UHGV virus genome: UHGV-1380525
Direction: 5' to 3' (one strand)
Length of the DNA: 47,960 bases
Origin: a virus
Under the pieces are notes generated by a model. That model was given only the letters and a program-made list of their open reading frames with translations, was not told the DNA's origin and did not search any database. Both the position numbers and the translations under genes were made by a program. This document shows, one piece after another, positions 26,730 to 35,667 of the stretch (within the stretch, counting starts at the first letter, position 1; each line of letters starts with the position of its first letter).

Positions 26730-27074
26730 ATGTCAGCAATAGCCAGATGGACTTACACATATCCATGCACAATCTGGCGGCTTACTGGCAAGGATAAGTA
26801 TGGCAAACCGACATTCGCCGCGCCAGAGTCCCTCATGTGTGATTATGGCTTCGATAAGAATCTGACCACCGGCACAGCTGGCAATGAGATTGCACAGAAA
26901 AACACATTCTGGACGGAATACCAGAATGCGTCTGTTGGCGACTTCATCATGCTTGGCACCATCACCACTGCTGACCCGCTGGCCGCCGGAGCTGACCAGA
27001 TTAGAAACGTTGTGAATTACGGCAACACACTAAATCGCAACGACCTGCCTGATTTTGCGCTGGTAACGGGATAA
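26730..27074 (+). CDS. putative head-tail connector/adaptor protein, 114 aa
   Basis: Position and size. Confidence 0.45.
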   Translation: MSAIARWTYTYPCTIWRLTGKDKYGKPTFAAPESLMCDYGFDKNLTTGTAGNEIAQKNTFWTEYQNASVGDFIMLGTITTADPLAAGADQIRNVVNYGNTLNRNDLPDFALVTG

Positions 27075-27077
27075 TGT

Positions 27078-27494
27078 ATGGCCGCCAAAATGCGAGGTAT
27101 CCAGCAGGCGATTAAGCGCACTCAGCAGATAGTCGGTGAGATTACTGGCGAGAAGGCAGTGTCAGCAATAAAAGCCGCCACCTACATCATCAGGACTGAA
27201 TCGGCGTCTATGACTCCAGTAGCTACATCTGCGCTGATAAACAGCCAGTTTGACACCGTTGAGGTTAATGGCACTCGCATAACTGGCAAGATTGGGTATG
27301 CTGCTAATTACGCCCTGTATGTCCACAATGCACCTGGTAAACTGCTTGGCACGAATACGCCGCGCACAGGACGGCTCAAAGGAAAGGGTAACGTATGGGA
27401 TAAGAGCGGCGAGCCTAAATTCCTTCTCAAGGCTGGCGAAAACACACGCGAGCTTGTCGATCAGGTAATTAAAAAAGAGATGACACTAAAATGA
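27078..27494 (+). CDS. HK97 gp10-like head-tail joining protein, 138 aa
   Basis: YALYVHNAPGK resembles the gp10-family YAxYVExGT motif. Position. Confidence 0.5.
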   Translation: MAAKMRGIQQAIKRTQQIVGEITGEKAVSAIKAATYIIRTESASMTPVATSALINSQFDTVEVNGTRITGKIGYAANYALYVHNAPGKLLGTNTPRTGRLKGKGNVWDKSGEPKFLLKAGENTRELVDQVIKKEMTLK

Positions 27495-27874
27495 GAGATA
27501 TGCTTGAGCTTGTTGACCAGTACCTTAGCGATGCCGGTCTTTATGATGGGTGGACTTCTCAGTTTGAGTTCTGGAATGATACCGAAGTTGGCACAGACCG
27601 GTTCATGGTGCTGCAATCCAATGGCGGCACGAACGTAAGCAAAGGACTCGGCGGCGATTACTATTTTTCACTCTATGTTGTCGGCCAGCAGGGTCAGTAC
27701 AACATCGAGGAGACAAAAGCAAAAGCGCTTGATGTCATCTCATACATCAAAGAGCATCCCGTTGATAGTTGCATTGGCATGATTCAGCTACAGGCGCCGC
27801 TTGGTCGTCCAACACTCACTACAGAGCAGAGGCCAGTTTATGAGTTGTTGCTGAGGGTTGTTTTTGGTGAGTGA
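27491..27874 (+). CDS. tail completion/terminator-like protein, 127 aa
   Basis: Position upstream of the tail tube region. Confidence 0.45.
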   Translation: MRDMLELVDQYLSDAGLYDGWTSQFEFWNDTEVGTDRFMVLQSNGGTNVSKGLGGDYYFSLYVVGQQGQYNIEETKAKALDVISYIKEHPVDSCIGMIQLQAPLGRPTLTTEQRPVYELLLRVVFGE

Positions 27875-27951
27875 TGGTTCCCGCGACAGGATTCGAACCT
27901 GTAATCATCCGATTATGAGTCGGGTGCTTTAACCAGTTAAGCTAAACTGGA
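27875..27951 (-). tRNA. tRNA-Met(CAT): tRNA-Met/Ile2-like (anticodon CAT) with a degenerate acceptor stem
   Basis: Hand-folded cloverleaf: D-stem GCTT/AAGC, anticodon loop CTCATAA, T-arm ACAGG-TTCGAAT-CCTGT, encoded CCA. Two acceptor pairs (4-69 A.G and 7-66 U.C) are non-Watson-Crick. Confidence 0.55.
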
Positions 27952-27954
27952 ATT

Positions 27955-28031
27955 TGGTGCACCATTCAGGATTCGAACCTGAAACCCAGAGGATAGAAGC
28001 CTCTTGCGCTATCCAATTACGCTAATGGTGC
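27955..28031 (-). tRNA. tRNA-Arg(TCT): tRNA-Arg (anticodon TCT)
   Basis: Acceptor GCACCAT/ATGGTGC is perfect. Anticodon stem AGAGG/CCTCT with loop CTTCTAT. T-loop TTCGAAT. CCA encoded. Confidence 0.85.
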
Positions 28032-28037
28032 TGAATG

Positions 28038-28125
28038 TGGCGGATAGTACAGGATTCGAACCTGTGAACCGTTTCCGGTTTATCGGTTAGCAACCGACTG
28101 CTTTCGGCCTCTCAGCCAACTATCC
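28038..28125 (-). tRNA. tRNA-Ser(GCT): tRNA-Ser (anticodon GCT), type II with a long variable arm
   Basis: Acceptor GGATAGT/ACTATCC. Anticodon loop TTGCTAA. 16-nt variable arm. T-arm ACAGG-TTCGAAT-CCTGT. CCA encoded. Confidence 0.85.
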
Positions 28126-28715
28126 GTATGTGCCTTTCTCACTCTCCCGACTAAATCGTAACATTGGGAGACTACGCGACCATTTGGTTTCTGCTATCAG
28201 CGTCATCAGGCGTAGTGTGTTCCGACCCGGATGCCTACTTGAAAGGCGGTGGTATCGTATGCTCGTTGTGTGGTGGCAGGTGCTGATATCCTGCTTGATG
28301 GTGAGCACCTCGTCTTAGGAGGCTATCTGTAACGTTGCCATCGCGTATCCTCTTTGCGCATCAGCCTGCGCATTCACCACAACGGAAAGAGCACTGAACG
28401 CTGCATTATGGCTCTATCTCAGCTGCGCCGACTGCAGTCCCGATATGACCAACCACTGAGAGGGTATCTGCCAATTACTTTTATGCTCGGTCAATGCTCT
28501 TACCTGTTGTGTGCCCATTATTAATCACACCGGGCCAGTGCGCCGAATTCATTGACAAGGATTCGGAAGACCTTGCTGGTGTTTAGCCGTTAGGCTACTG
28601 CCAGATACATTTCTTCGTTTGCATTTATCTTTGTGGTCAGTTTCTAAAAACCCGCAAAGTCGCACCGAAAACTATCTGACATTTAATCTACACCACCAAT
28701 AAAAACCTGTCAACA

Positions 28716-28724
28716 TGATATAAT
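28716..28724 (+). promoter_or_regulatory. extended -10 promoter TGaTATAAT for the major tail gene. The AATCTACACCA module variant lies at 28685-28695.
   Basis: Read directly. Confidence 0.6.
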
Positions 28725-28758
28725 GCGATTGTTTAGCTAAACACAGAGGATTCTAAAC

Positions 28759-29511
28759 ATGGCTATTTGTGCAAATGATAACGGCATCATCACAGGTCGC
28801 CAGTCGCTCATTGAGCTGGCTGATGGCTGCTGGGATGCTGTGCCAGCAGAGGAAGATTGGAAGTTTTTTGCCCCCATGACCTCAAAAGGCGTCGACTTCA
28901 GCCCAAGCACCACCACTTCTGAGGCTGACGATGGCGATGGCTTTGTTGCAACGCTGGTAACTACCGCAGACCTCACCATTTCCGGTGATTTTGAAGTTCG
29001 CAAGGCTGACAAGGCTGATGAGTATGGCGTGCACAACCTCATCAAATACTTTGTCACCGAAGTAAAAGCGCGTCGCCAGCCGTCGCTGTGGGTTCGCCAG
29101 ACCACCGGTAATACTGTTGTCGTGGCTTACTGCAACATTACCGCTCTGAGCTACGATGGCGGCACCAACGACATCATCACCGGCTCTGTTGAATTCAAGC
29201 CGTATGATGGCTCTACCGTTGACGTGTCCAGCATCGAAGACCTGACGCTGACTACTGATATCAGCGCAACAAAAAGCGTTGCCACTGGCGACACTCTGAC
29301 GCTCGGTCCGGTGGTTGCGGCTGGCGGTGTAGAGCCTTATACCTACCAATGGTATAAAGGCACCACGCCGATCAGCGGTGCTAATACCGACACGTTCACC
29401 AAGGCCACTGCTGCCACAGGTGATGCTGGTACGTACTTCTGCCGCGTGATGGACTCGGCAACCAGTCCTGATTACGTTGACTCTACTAAGTGTGTCGTCA
29501 CCGTGACCTAA
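28759..29511 (+). CDS. major tail (tube) protein with a C-terminal Ig-like (Big_2-type) domain
   Basis: Position upstream of the chaperone and tape measure genes. C-terminal TLGPVVAAGGVEPYTYQWYKG...GTYFCRV is the Ig-like signature also seen on lambda gpV. Confidence 0.75.
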   Translation: MAICANDNGIITGRQSLIELADGCWDAVPAEEDWKFFAPMTSKGVDFSPSTTTSEADDGDGFVATLVTTADLTISGDFEVRKADKADEYGVHNLIKYFVTEVKARRQPSLWVRQTTGNTVVVAYCNITALSYDGGTNDIITGSVEFKPYDGSTVDVSSIEDLTLTTDISATKSVATGDTLTLGPVVAAGGVEPYTYQWYKGTTPISGANTDTFTKATAATGDAGTYFCRVMDSATSPDYVDSTKCVVTVT

Positions 29512-29536
29512 TAAAGAAAACCCCCGAAAGGGGGTT
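29508..29536. terminator. bidirectional rho-independent terminator
   Basis: aaaaccccc-gaaa-gggggttt followed by T7. Confidence 0.8.
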
Positions 29537-29718
29537 TATTTTTTCAGCAATGAAGATACGCGGATTCTCCACAATGACAAGTTAGCGAGCGATACCGCTA
29601 ACTCCATGTGAATCAATCTAAGTTTTTCAATATCAACAAAGACCGGGGCGTTGTATTGTTGATTGCTTCTTATGTACTTTGAAATAGTATCAGCATCATT
29701 ATTATCAAGAGTCATCAT
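29536..29718 (-). CDS. hypothetical protein, about 60 aa
   Basis: ORF track, with the start trimmed to the MMM cluster that has a GAGGAGA RBS. Confidence 0.4.
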   Translation of the reverse strand: MMTLDNNDADTISKYIRSNQQYNAPVFVDIEKLRLIHMELAVSLANLSLWRIRVSSLLKK

Positions 29719-29980
29719 CATTCTCCTCTCTGATTGCAGCATCAAGTTGTCGACGCAACATACACAGCGCGCCATGCGGCATAAACTGATTAGCCATGCC
29801 ATCGAATATCTGCCGGTTTAATTTATTATCAATCCGCGGCCTTATTGCTGACCAGCATGCCCTGATTGCGTGATTTACAGGTCTGCGGTCCAGCATTGCG
29901 AGTCGTGCAGCTAACTCAATGGTAACGAGCGCATCAAGATACTGCTCGCAGGCGTAGCGATTTTCGTTATCCATCATCAT
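29705..29980 (-). CDS. hypothetical protein, 91 aa
   Basis: ORF track. ATGA-coupled to the HNH gene. Confidence 0.5.
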   Translation of the reverse strand: MMMDNENRYACEQYLDALVTIELAARLAMLDRRPVNHAIRACWSAIRPRIDNKLNRQIFDGMANQFMPHGALCMLRRQLDAAIREENDDDS

Positions 29981-30462
29981 TTACCATGGTTCTCATGAAA
30001 ATTATACTTAACCTCCGCCTTTCTCCTTGCTTCAGCGGCCATATTTAAGTCAGAAAACAATCCAAGATGAATCTTTACGCCATCAACTTTTATGTTTGAG
30101 GCCCATTTTTTATGTTGCTTATCCCATGAAACACCAGTAACACCTGATTTGTTTGTCACCCTGAACTTCATGTTGTGATTATTCTCTTTTGGAGTGACAA
30201 GCCTGAGGTTATCTATCTTATTGTTTGTTTTATTGTGGTCTATATGATCAATCTGCATTCCGTCAGGAATTTTCCCATTATGCATTTCCCAGATGATGCG
30301 ATGAACAAGATACTTGAAGCCATAGATTCCAACAATCTTATATCCATTACCTCCTACCGCCTTCACCTCGCTTCCTATTTTCACTCTGTTTGAGGTTCTT
30401 ATCTTCCAGTAAATAGCCCCATCACAATAATAAAAAATATCTGACCAATCAGTTATTTTCAT
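29977..30462 (-). CDS. free-standing HNH homing endonuclease, paralogue of 10586..11068
   Basis: HRIIWEMHNGKIPDGMQIDHIDHNKTNNKIDNLR. AP2-like C-terminus GVSWDKQHKKW. Confidence 0.85.
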   Translation of the reverse strand: MKITDWSDIFYYCDGAIYWKIRTSNRVKIGSEVKAVGGNGYKIVGIYGFKYLVHRIIWEMHNGKIPDGMQIDHIDHNKTNNKIDNLRLVTPKENNHNMKFRVTNKSGVTGVSWDKQHKKWASNIKVDGVKIHLGLFSDLNMAAEARRKAEVKYNFHENHGK

Positions 30463-30583
30463 CGAATGTCACCCCTACCATTGCAAGTAATTTTTTCGCC
30501 ATCAACTCGGCCTCATCATAGGTAAACCCGCAATCAACGTACAGGTCGATGTAAAATCTCAAATCAACATCAGTCTCGTTCAT
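30449..30583 (-). CDS. hypothetical acidic micro-protein, 44 aa
   Basis: Hand translation. GAGGG RBS. Overlaps the HNH start. Confidence 0.3.
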   Translation of the reverse strand: MNETDVDLRFYIDLYVDCGFTYDEAELMAKKLLAMVGVTFDENN

Positions 30584-30680
30584 ATGTCAAACCCTCAATC
30601 AACTTATGCTTTCAATCTACGTCAGTTTTGCGCCCCCTGTCAATGGTATAATTACGTCATTGTGAAAACAGGATTTAGAC

Positions 30681-31388
30681 ATGAGACAACGCACACCGCT
30701 AACAGAAATCGGAGAGATGCGCATCTCCCTGGATGACAGGTCTTTTTTCTTCAAACCATCATTTGCGGCGATGAATGAGCTTGGCTCACCTAAAGAGATT
30801 GTCGAACTGTACGCTACGCTTAATGGCTATGAGTACGCAGCCATACTTGGCGCCATTCAATCAATGCCATATGGCGCGCAGATTCAGGTGGCAAAAATCC
30901 TGTCACGTCCTGCCTATGGCAAGAAAGTGCTCAGTGCTGCCTGCCTCATCATGCAGTCCTGTTGCGATGATGATATCTCGGTACTGATTGGGTCATGGAA
31001 GCCAACCCCGCGTGGGGTGAAGTACGTCACTGGAAGAATGCCAGTAAATGACATTATTATTATTGCTCGTAACCTGATGGAGCATGGCATCATCGGCAAG
31101 TCTCCGCTCAAGGTTCCTCAGCGCTCGGAAAATCAAAAGCGCACAACCAGTGAGCTGAGAATGTCGGATTACATCATTTCAGCTCGCACTCACTTCGGGA
31201 TTACCCGCGAGGAAGCCGAAGACCTTACCATGACCGAGTATCAGCAGATGATAAAATCAAAATACCCGGAACCGGAAGGCATGACGCGCGAGCAGTATGA
31301 TGCGTCCTATGAACGGGCCAAGATGAATAAACAGAAACTGAAAGAGAAAGCCGCCAGAAAGGCCGCTAAAAGCAAAGGAGCAAAATAA
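30681..31388 (+). CDS. tail assembly chaperone, 235 aa
   Basis: Position between the tail tube and tape measure genes. AGGA RBS. Confidence 0.5.
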   Translation: MRQRTPLTEIGEMRISLDDRSFFFKPSFAAMNELGSPKEIVELYATLNGYEYAAILGAIQSMPYGAQIQVAKILSRPAYGKKVLSAACLIMQSCCDDDISVLIGSWKPTPRGVKYVTGRMPVNDIIIIARNLMEHGIIGKSPLKVPQRSENQKRTTSELRMSDYIISARTHFGITREEAEDLTMTEYQQMIKSKYPEPEGMTREQYDASYERAKMNKQKLKEKAARKAAKSKGAK

Positions 31389-34306
31389 TGGCAGAAGAAG
31401 TTGGCGGCATTGTCTATGAGGTTGGCATGGAGGTCTCAGGCCTCACTGCTGGCGCTAAACAGGCAGAGGATGCACTTGACAGCATCGACAAGTCAGCGCA
31501 GAACTCATCAAAAAGTATGGATAAACTGGATGGTGCAGCATCATCATCTGGCAAAGAGCTTTCAGCCCTGGCAAAAATTGTAAGCTCCATTGATGCAACG
31601 TTGAAGGATATGGCTTCATCGTCGAAGACTGCCGCCAGCTCAGTAGAAGCAACAACCTCGAGCGTTACTGGTGCCGAGCAAGTTATTGCAGCCCTAAACC
31701 AACAGCTCGCACAGATGCAGCAGGCGCAGGTATCCGCGAACGCAACCGGCCTTGCACTTCAAAACTCAGTCAATCAGGTCACTCAGGCAATTCGCGCGCT
31801 TGGCGCTCAGTCAACTGAAACGGGTGGCTCAATCTCTGGCATTGACAGAATGATTGAGGGTCTTGGAAACCAGATAGCAATCCTCGACGAGCAAGCCGAA
31901 AAAGGCGCAAGAAGTGCGGCGATACTGGCTGCGCAGCTTCGTGCAGGAGATAGCGCCACCGATGCGCAGAAAGCAAAAATAGCTGAGCTTACTGGTCGCC
32001 TGTATGACATGAAAAATGGCACAGAGGCCGCCGGGAAGTCAACCGGTAACTTTAAAAATATAATGCAGCAGGGCGGCTATCAGATACAGGACTTTATCGT
32101 TCAGGTTCAGGGAGGGCAGTCTGCGATTGTGGCATTTAGTCAGCAAGGTTCGCAGCTGGCTTCTGTGTTTAGCCCTGTGGCAGGCGCCGTGCTGACCATC
32201 GCAACGGTTATTGCTGGCTCACTGATAGCGTCACTCGGCAATGGCAAAAATGCCGTTGATTCACTGAAAGAAGCCATAGCGACCATGGATAGTGTCGTGT
32301 CGGTTTCATCTTCTGGTGTTGCTGTCTATACCGAAAAATTCGCACGGCTTGCAAAAGCCAACTCAGCGGTGGCTACCCTGATGCGAAAACAAGCCCAACT
32401 TGAGTTACAAGCCGCCCTGTCTAAAGTATCAGCAGAAGTCACGAAAGCATCAAGTGACTTTATCGGCTTTGGTGATTCGCTTGTCTCATCACTTGGCGGT
32501 GGATATGCCAGCGTGAAGCTGTTCAATGACTACATGTCACAGCTTAATATCACAACGAATAGCTGGACAGAGGCCATTAAGCAAGCGTCAGCAGCAGGTC
32601 AGGTCGGTCAGACGTCAATGAATGGCATGATTGCTACGGTGGGCGCGCTGGCGAGTAAATTCCAGCTATCAGACCAACAGGCTTTCGAATTCGCAAAACA
32701 GCTTTCTGATATTGCAAAAAACCCATCTGATGAAAAGCTAAAAGCGCTTATTGTTACACTGCAAAATCTCAGCGATGGAACATCCAGTGGTGCAAAAACA
32801 GCACGAGAATATGCAAAAAGTCTGCTAGCTATTGTAAATAGCACAGATGATGCAACGGAACGCCTTCGAGCACTGAAGCAAATGACTGATGAGTTAACTG
32901 ACTCTCAGGATAAAGCATTGCAGCAGGCCAGGCAGACGCTTTTCATTGAGCGACAGACTGGAGTAGAGAAGCAGAAGGCTCTCGCATGGCGTGATGCTGA
33001 AAATCAGGGCCTAAAGGCCGGGACTCAGGCATTTCGTGATTATTATAATGTTCGCCTGCAAACCTATCAGCAGCAAGAGAAAAATGCGCAAGCCCTGAAA
33101 GATGAGCGTAGTGCGCAAAGTGCGGCAAACTCAGAGGCTAAAAAAGCAGCCACAGAGCAGGAGAATATCGCCAATAAACTTGAGCAGCTTCGCCAGAAGT
33201 CACTGCTTACCGCTGAAAGTACAAGAGAGCTTAGCCGTGAACAGTCAATACTGGCCGCTCAGCAGTCTCTTGGAAAAGGCGCCACTCAGGAGCAAATTAA
33301 CCTTGCAGGACAATATGCAGCCAAGGCATGGGATAATGCCAACGCGATAAAGGCTCAGGCAGAGGCGGAGAAGAAAAGAGTTGAAGCCGTCAAGGGATTC
33401 GCTGCATTAAAGTCGCAGACATCCCCAATGTTTGCCGTTGAAACAAATTACCAGAAGGATTTAGCCGCGCTCAATGCTTACGCAGTAGCTTACCCGCAAA
33501 AGATAGCGGAGGTTGAGCAGGCTAGAGCAGCTATTGAGGAGCAATACCGCCAGCAGCGCCTTGATGCCATGTGGCAGGAGTGGAGTCAGCAAAATGCGGC
33601 TACGCAAGCAGCAGCTGCTGCATTTGATGCTTTTGGGCAAACCGCAAGTAATGCCTTAACTGGCGTTCTGACTGGCTCAATGTCTGTTAGTGAGGCGCTA
33701 CAGTCAATCGGCAGCACTGTGTTGAACGCTGTGATTAACTCATTCGTTCAGATGGGTGTGGAGTGGCTTAAATCGGTGATTATGGGGCAGGTTGGGATGA
33801 CCGCAGCCTCAGCGATGGCGGCGACTCAGGCCCAGCTAATCGCAGCGGCAATGGCGCCAGCAGCAGCGATGACATCACTTGCCACGGGTGGCGCTAACGC
33901 AGTACCTGCACAGGCTGGCATTGTTTCCACCGTTGGTGTGGCTAAAGCCATGTCGGTTGCCGGAGCGCTGAAGAATGGCGGGCCTGCGCAGGCTGGATCA
34001 ATGTATCAGGTCGGCGAGAACAACCTCCCTGAAATCTTCCAGGCCAGTAATGGTAATCAGTACATGATACCCGGGGACAACGGAAAGGTTATCAGCAACA
34101 AAGACCTTACCGGAGGTGGCAGTGGTATTGTGATTTATAATAGCGTCACAAACTACAGCAGCGGAGCAACAACAACTACCAGTGCCAGAGACAATGGAGA
34201 TGGGTCTGTTACAATTGAGACGATTGTGGCAGATATCGAGGCTGGCGGCCCGATATCAAACGCTATTACCAGTCACACCACTGCAACCAGAAGGGCAACA
34301 GAATAA
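31388..34306 (+). CDS. tape measure protein, 972 aa
   Basis: Long A/Q/S-rich coiled-coil. Size and position. Confidence 0.9.
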   Translation: MAEEVGGIVYEVGMEVSGLTAGAKQAEDALDSIDKSAQNSSKSMDKLDGAASSSGKELSALAKIVSSIDATLKDMASSSKTAASSVEATTSSVTGAEQVIAALNQQLAQMQQAQVSANATGLALQNSVNQVTQAIRALGAQSTETGGSISGIDRMIEGLGNQIAILDEQAEKGARSAAILAAQLRAGDSATDAQKAKIAELTGRLYDMKNGTEAAGKSTGNFKNIMQQGGYQIQDFIVQVQGGQSAIVAFSQQGSQLASVFSPVAGAVLTIATVIAGSLIASLGNGKNAVDSLKEAIATMDSVVSVSSSGVAVYTEKFARLAKANSAVATLMRKQAQLELQAALSKVSAEVTKASSDFIGFGDSLVSSLGGGYASVKLFNDYMSQLNITTNSWTEAIKQASAAGQVGQTSMNGMIATVGALASKFQLSDQQAFEFAKQLSDIAKNPSDEKLKALIVTLQNLSDGTSSGAKTAREYAKSLLAIVNSTDDATERLRALKQMTDELTDSQDKALQQARQTLFIERQTGVEKQKALAWRDAENQGLKAGTQAFRDYYNVRLQTYQQQEKNAQALKDERSAQSAANSEAKKAATEQENIANKLEQLRQKSLLTAESTRELSREQSILAAQQSLGKGATQEQINLAGQYAAKAWDNANAIKAQAEAEKKRVEAVKGFAALKSQTSPMFAVETNYQKDLAALNAYAVAYPQKIAEVEQARAAIEEQYRQQRLDAMWQEWSQQNAATQAAAAAFDAFGQTASNALTGVLTGSMSVSEALQSIGSTVLNAVINSFVQMGVEWLKSVIMGQVGMTAASAMAATQAQLIAAAMAPAAAMTSLATGGANAVPAQAGIVSTVGVAKAMSVAGALKNGGPAQAGSMYQVGENNLPEIFQASNGNQYMIPGDNGKVISNKDLTGGGSGIVIYNSVTNYSSGATTTTSARDNGDGSVTIETIVADIEAGGPISNAITSHTTATRRATE

Positions 34307-34776
34307 TGGCTATAGCTTATCCATCATGGCTACCGCTTGCGCAACGTGCCAGCAAGAACATGACGACTCAAACCCCATTCCGCAGCGATCAGCCTGCGGT
34401 TGGGGCGCCAATATTTCAAAAGTTAACTACCGATGTTGCAGTAACATGGAGTTTGACATGGGTTTTCACGCTCAGGCAGGAGCGGGCATTTATGCAGTGG
34501 TTGAGAAGCCCAAATTATCTCAACAAGTGCAATGAATGGTTCACGATGGATATCGATCTTGGTGGCAGCGGATTACAGAATCAGACTTTGCACTTTACTG
34601 ATTACCCCGTGCAGACAAGCATCAATGGCGGTATCGTCACATGGACTGGAAATGTCATCTGTAAAACCCTCAATAACTCCATGGATGAGTTTGATGATGT
34701 GCTTGTTGAGCTTGATGAGAGATGGTATTCATGGATCGATGAAGTCGTTAACAGGGATTTGCCGGAGTATCCATAA
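34306..34776 (+). CDS. minor tail protein (gpM-like), 156 aa
   Basis: Synteny after the tape measure gene. ATGG overlap. Confidence 0.55.
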   Translation: MAIAYPSWLPLAQRASKNMTTQTPFRSDQPAVGAPIFQKLTTDVAVTWSLTWVFTLRQERAFMQWLRSPNYLNKCNEWFTMDIDLGGSGLQNQTLHFTDYPVQTSINGGIVTWTGNVICKTLNNSMDEFDDVLVELDERWYSWIDEVVNRDLPEYP

Positions 34777-35246
34777 TGCCAACATTGCGTGAATACCAGT
34801 CAAAAAGGCCAAACTGGAAGCTGTATGACACCATAACCTTTTATCATTCTTCATTTGGTTACGTCCGGCTAGTTGGCAACGAGTTTTCTGATATTGTACT
34901 TGGCGGCCAGACTTACCAGCCAGTGCGCATGGATGTAACCAGAAGCCAGCAGTCAAACACGCCGGTAATCAATGCCACTCTGAAGTTTGCAAGACTGGCA
35001 AATGACTTTAAGCAATATTTAAAGTTATGGTCAGGCTCTGGACGCATTGAACCTATCACTGCGTTATACCAGCGTTTTGACGAGACCGACAAAGACACAC
35101 CATTAAAACCATATACGCTTTATGTGAACGATGTGACGCTTGATCAGTCTGATGTAACTGTCTCCATCTCCATAAAAAACCCAATCAATGGCAACGTGGC
35201 AAAACTTTATGACATCACAGAATTCCCCGGATTGCGTACCGTTTGA
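34776..35246 (+). CDS. minor tail protein (gpL-like), 156 aa
   Basis: Synteny. Confidence 0.55.
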   Translation: MPTLREYQSKRPNWKLYDTITFYHSSFGYVRLVGNEFSDIVLGGQTYQPVRMDVTRSQQSNTPVINATLKFARLANDFKQYLKLWSGSGRIEPITALYQRFDETDKDTPLKPYTLYVNDVTLDQSDVTVSISIKNPINGNVAKLYDITEFPGLRTV

Positions 35247-35259
35247 CTATTTTGAGAGG

Positions 35260-35667
35260 ATGATGCTTGGCAAGCCATACGTCGACAGGTGTTGTCACGT
35301 TGACGCGGTGGACTGCTGGGGTCTGGTGGTGCTGTTCTATCGCCTGTGCATGAATGTCAATGTTCATCACGATGATTCATATTCAAGTGGCGGCGATTTT
35401 GTCACTTGTTTCAATGGAGAAGTTTCATTCTGGAAAGATACCGAACAACCAAAAGTTGGCGATGTGGTGGTTGCTTATCGCGGGAGTCATCCGGTACATG
35501 TCGCGCTGTGGTGGGGTCGTGATAAAATACTGCATGCGCGAGAGAAAACGGCAGTCAAGACAGACCGCCTTAAAACACTCGAAAAATTATCAACAAAATT
35601 AAGGTTCCTGACTTATGCCGGTTATTCACATTCAGAAGATGCCAGGAGTTACAAAAGAGACGGGTAA
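35260..35667 (+). CDS. NlpC/P60-family tail protein (gpK-like), about 135 aa (alternative start 35188)
   Basis: Cys in [10 protein letters not shown] and His in HVALWW are the papain-like catalytic pair. GAGAGG sits just upstream of ATGATG. Confidence 0.6.
   Translation: MMLGKPYVDRCCHVDAVDCWGLVVLFYRLCMNVNVHHDDSYSSGGDFVTCFNGEVSFWKDTEQPKVGDVVVAYRGSHPVHVALWWGRDKILHAREKTAVKTDRLKTLEKLSTKLRFLTYAGYSHSEDARSYKRDG

Noticed and set aside
28120-28318. Two antisense 62-aa ORFs (28120..28308 on minus, 28130..28318 on plus)
   Set aside because: They overlap the tRNA-Ser gene and each other. There is no RBS and the amino-acid composition is odd. They are best treated as non-coding.
30681-31388. Programmed -1 frameshift (G/GT-type) in the tail assembly chaperone
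   Set aside because: A single 235-aa ORF is read through with no obvious slippery heptamer plus downstream overlap. The possibility cannot be excluded without a search.
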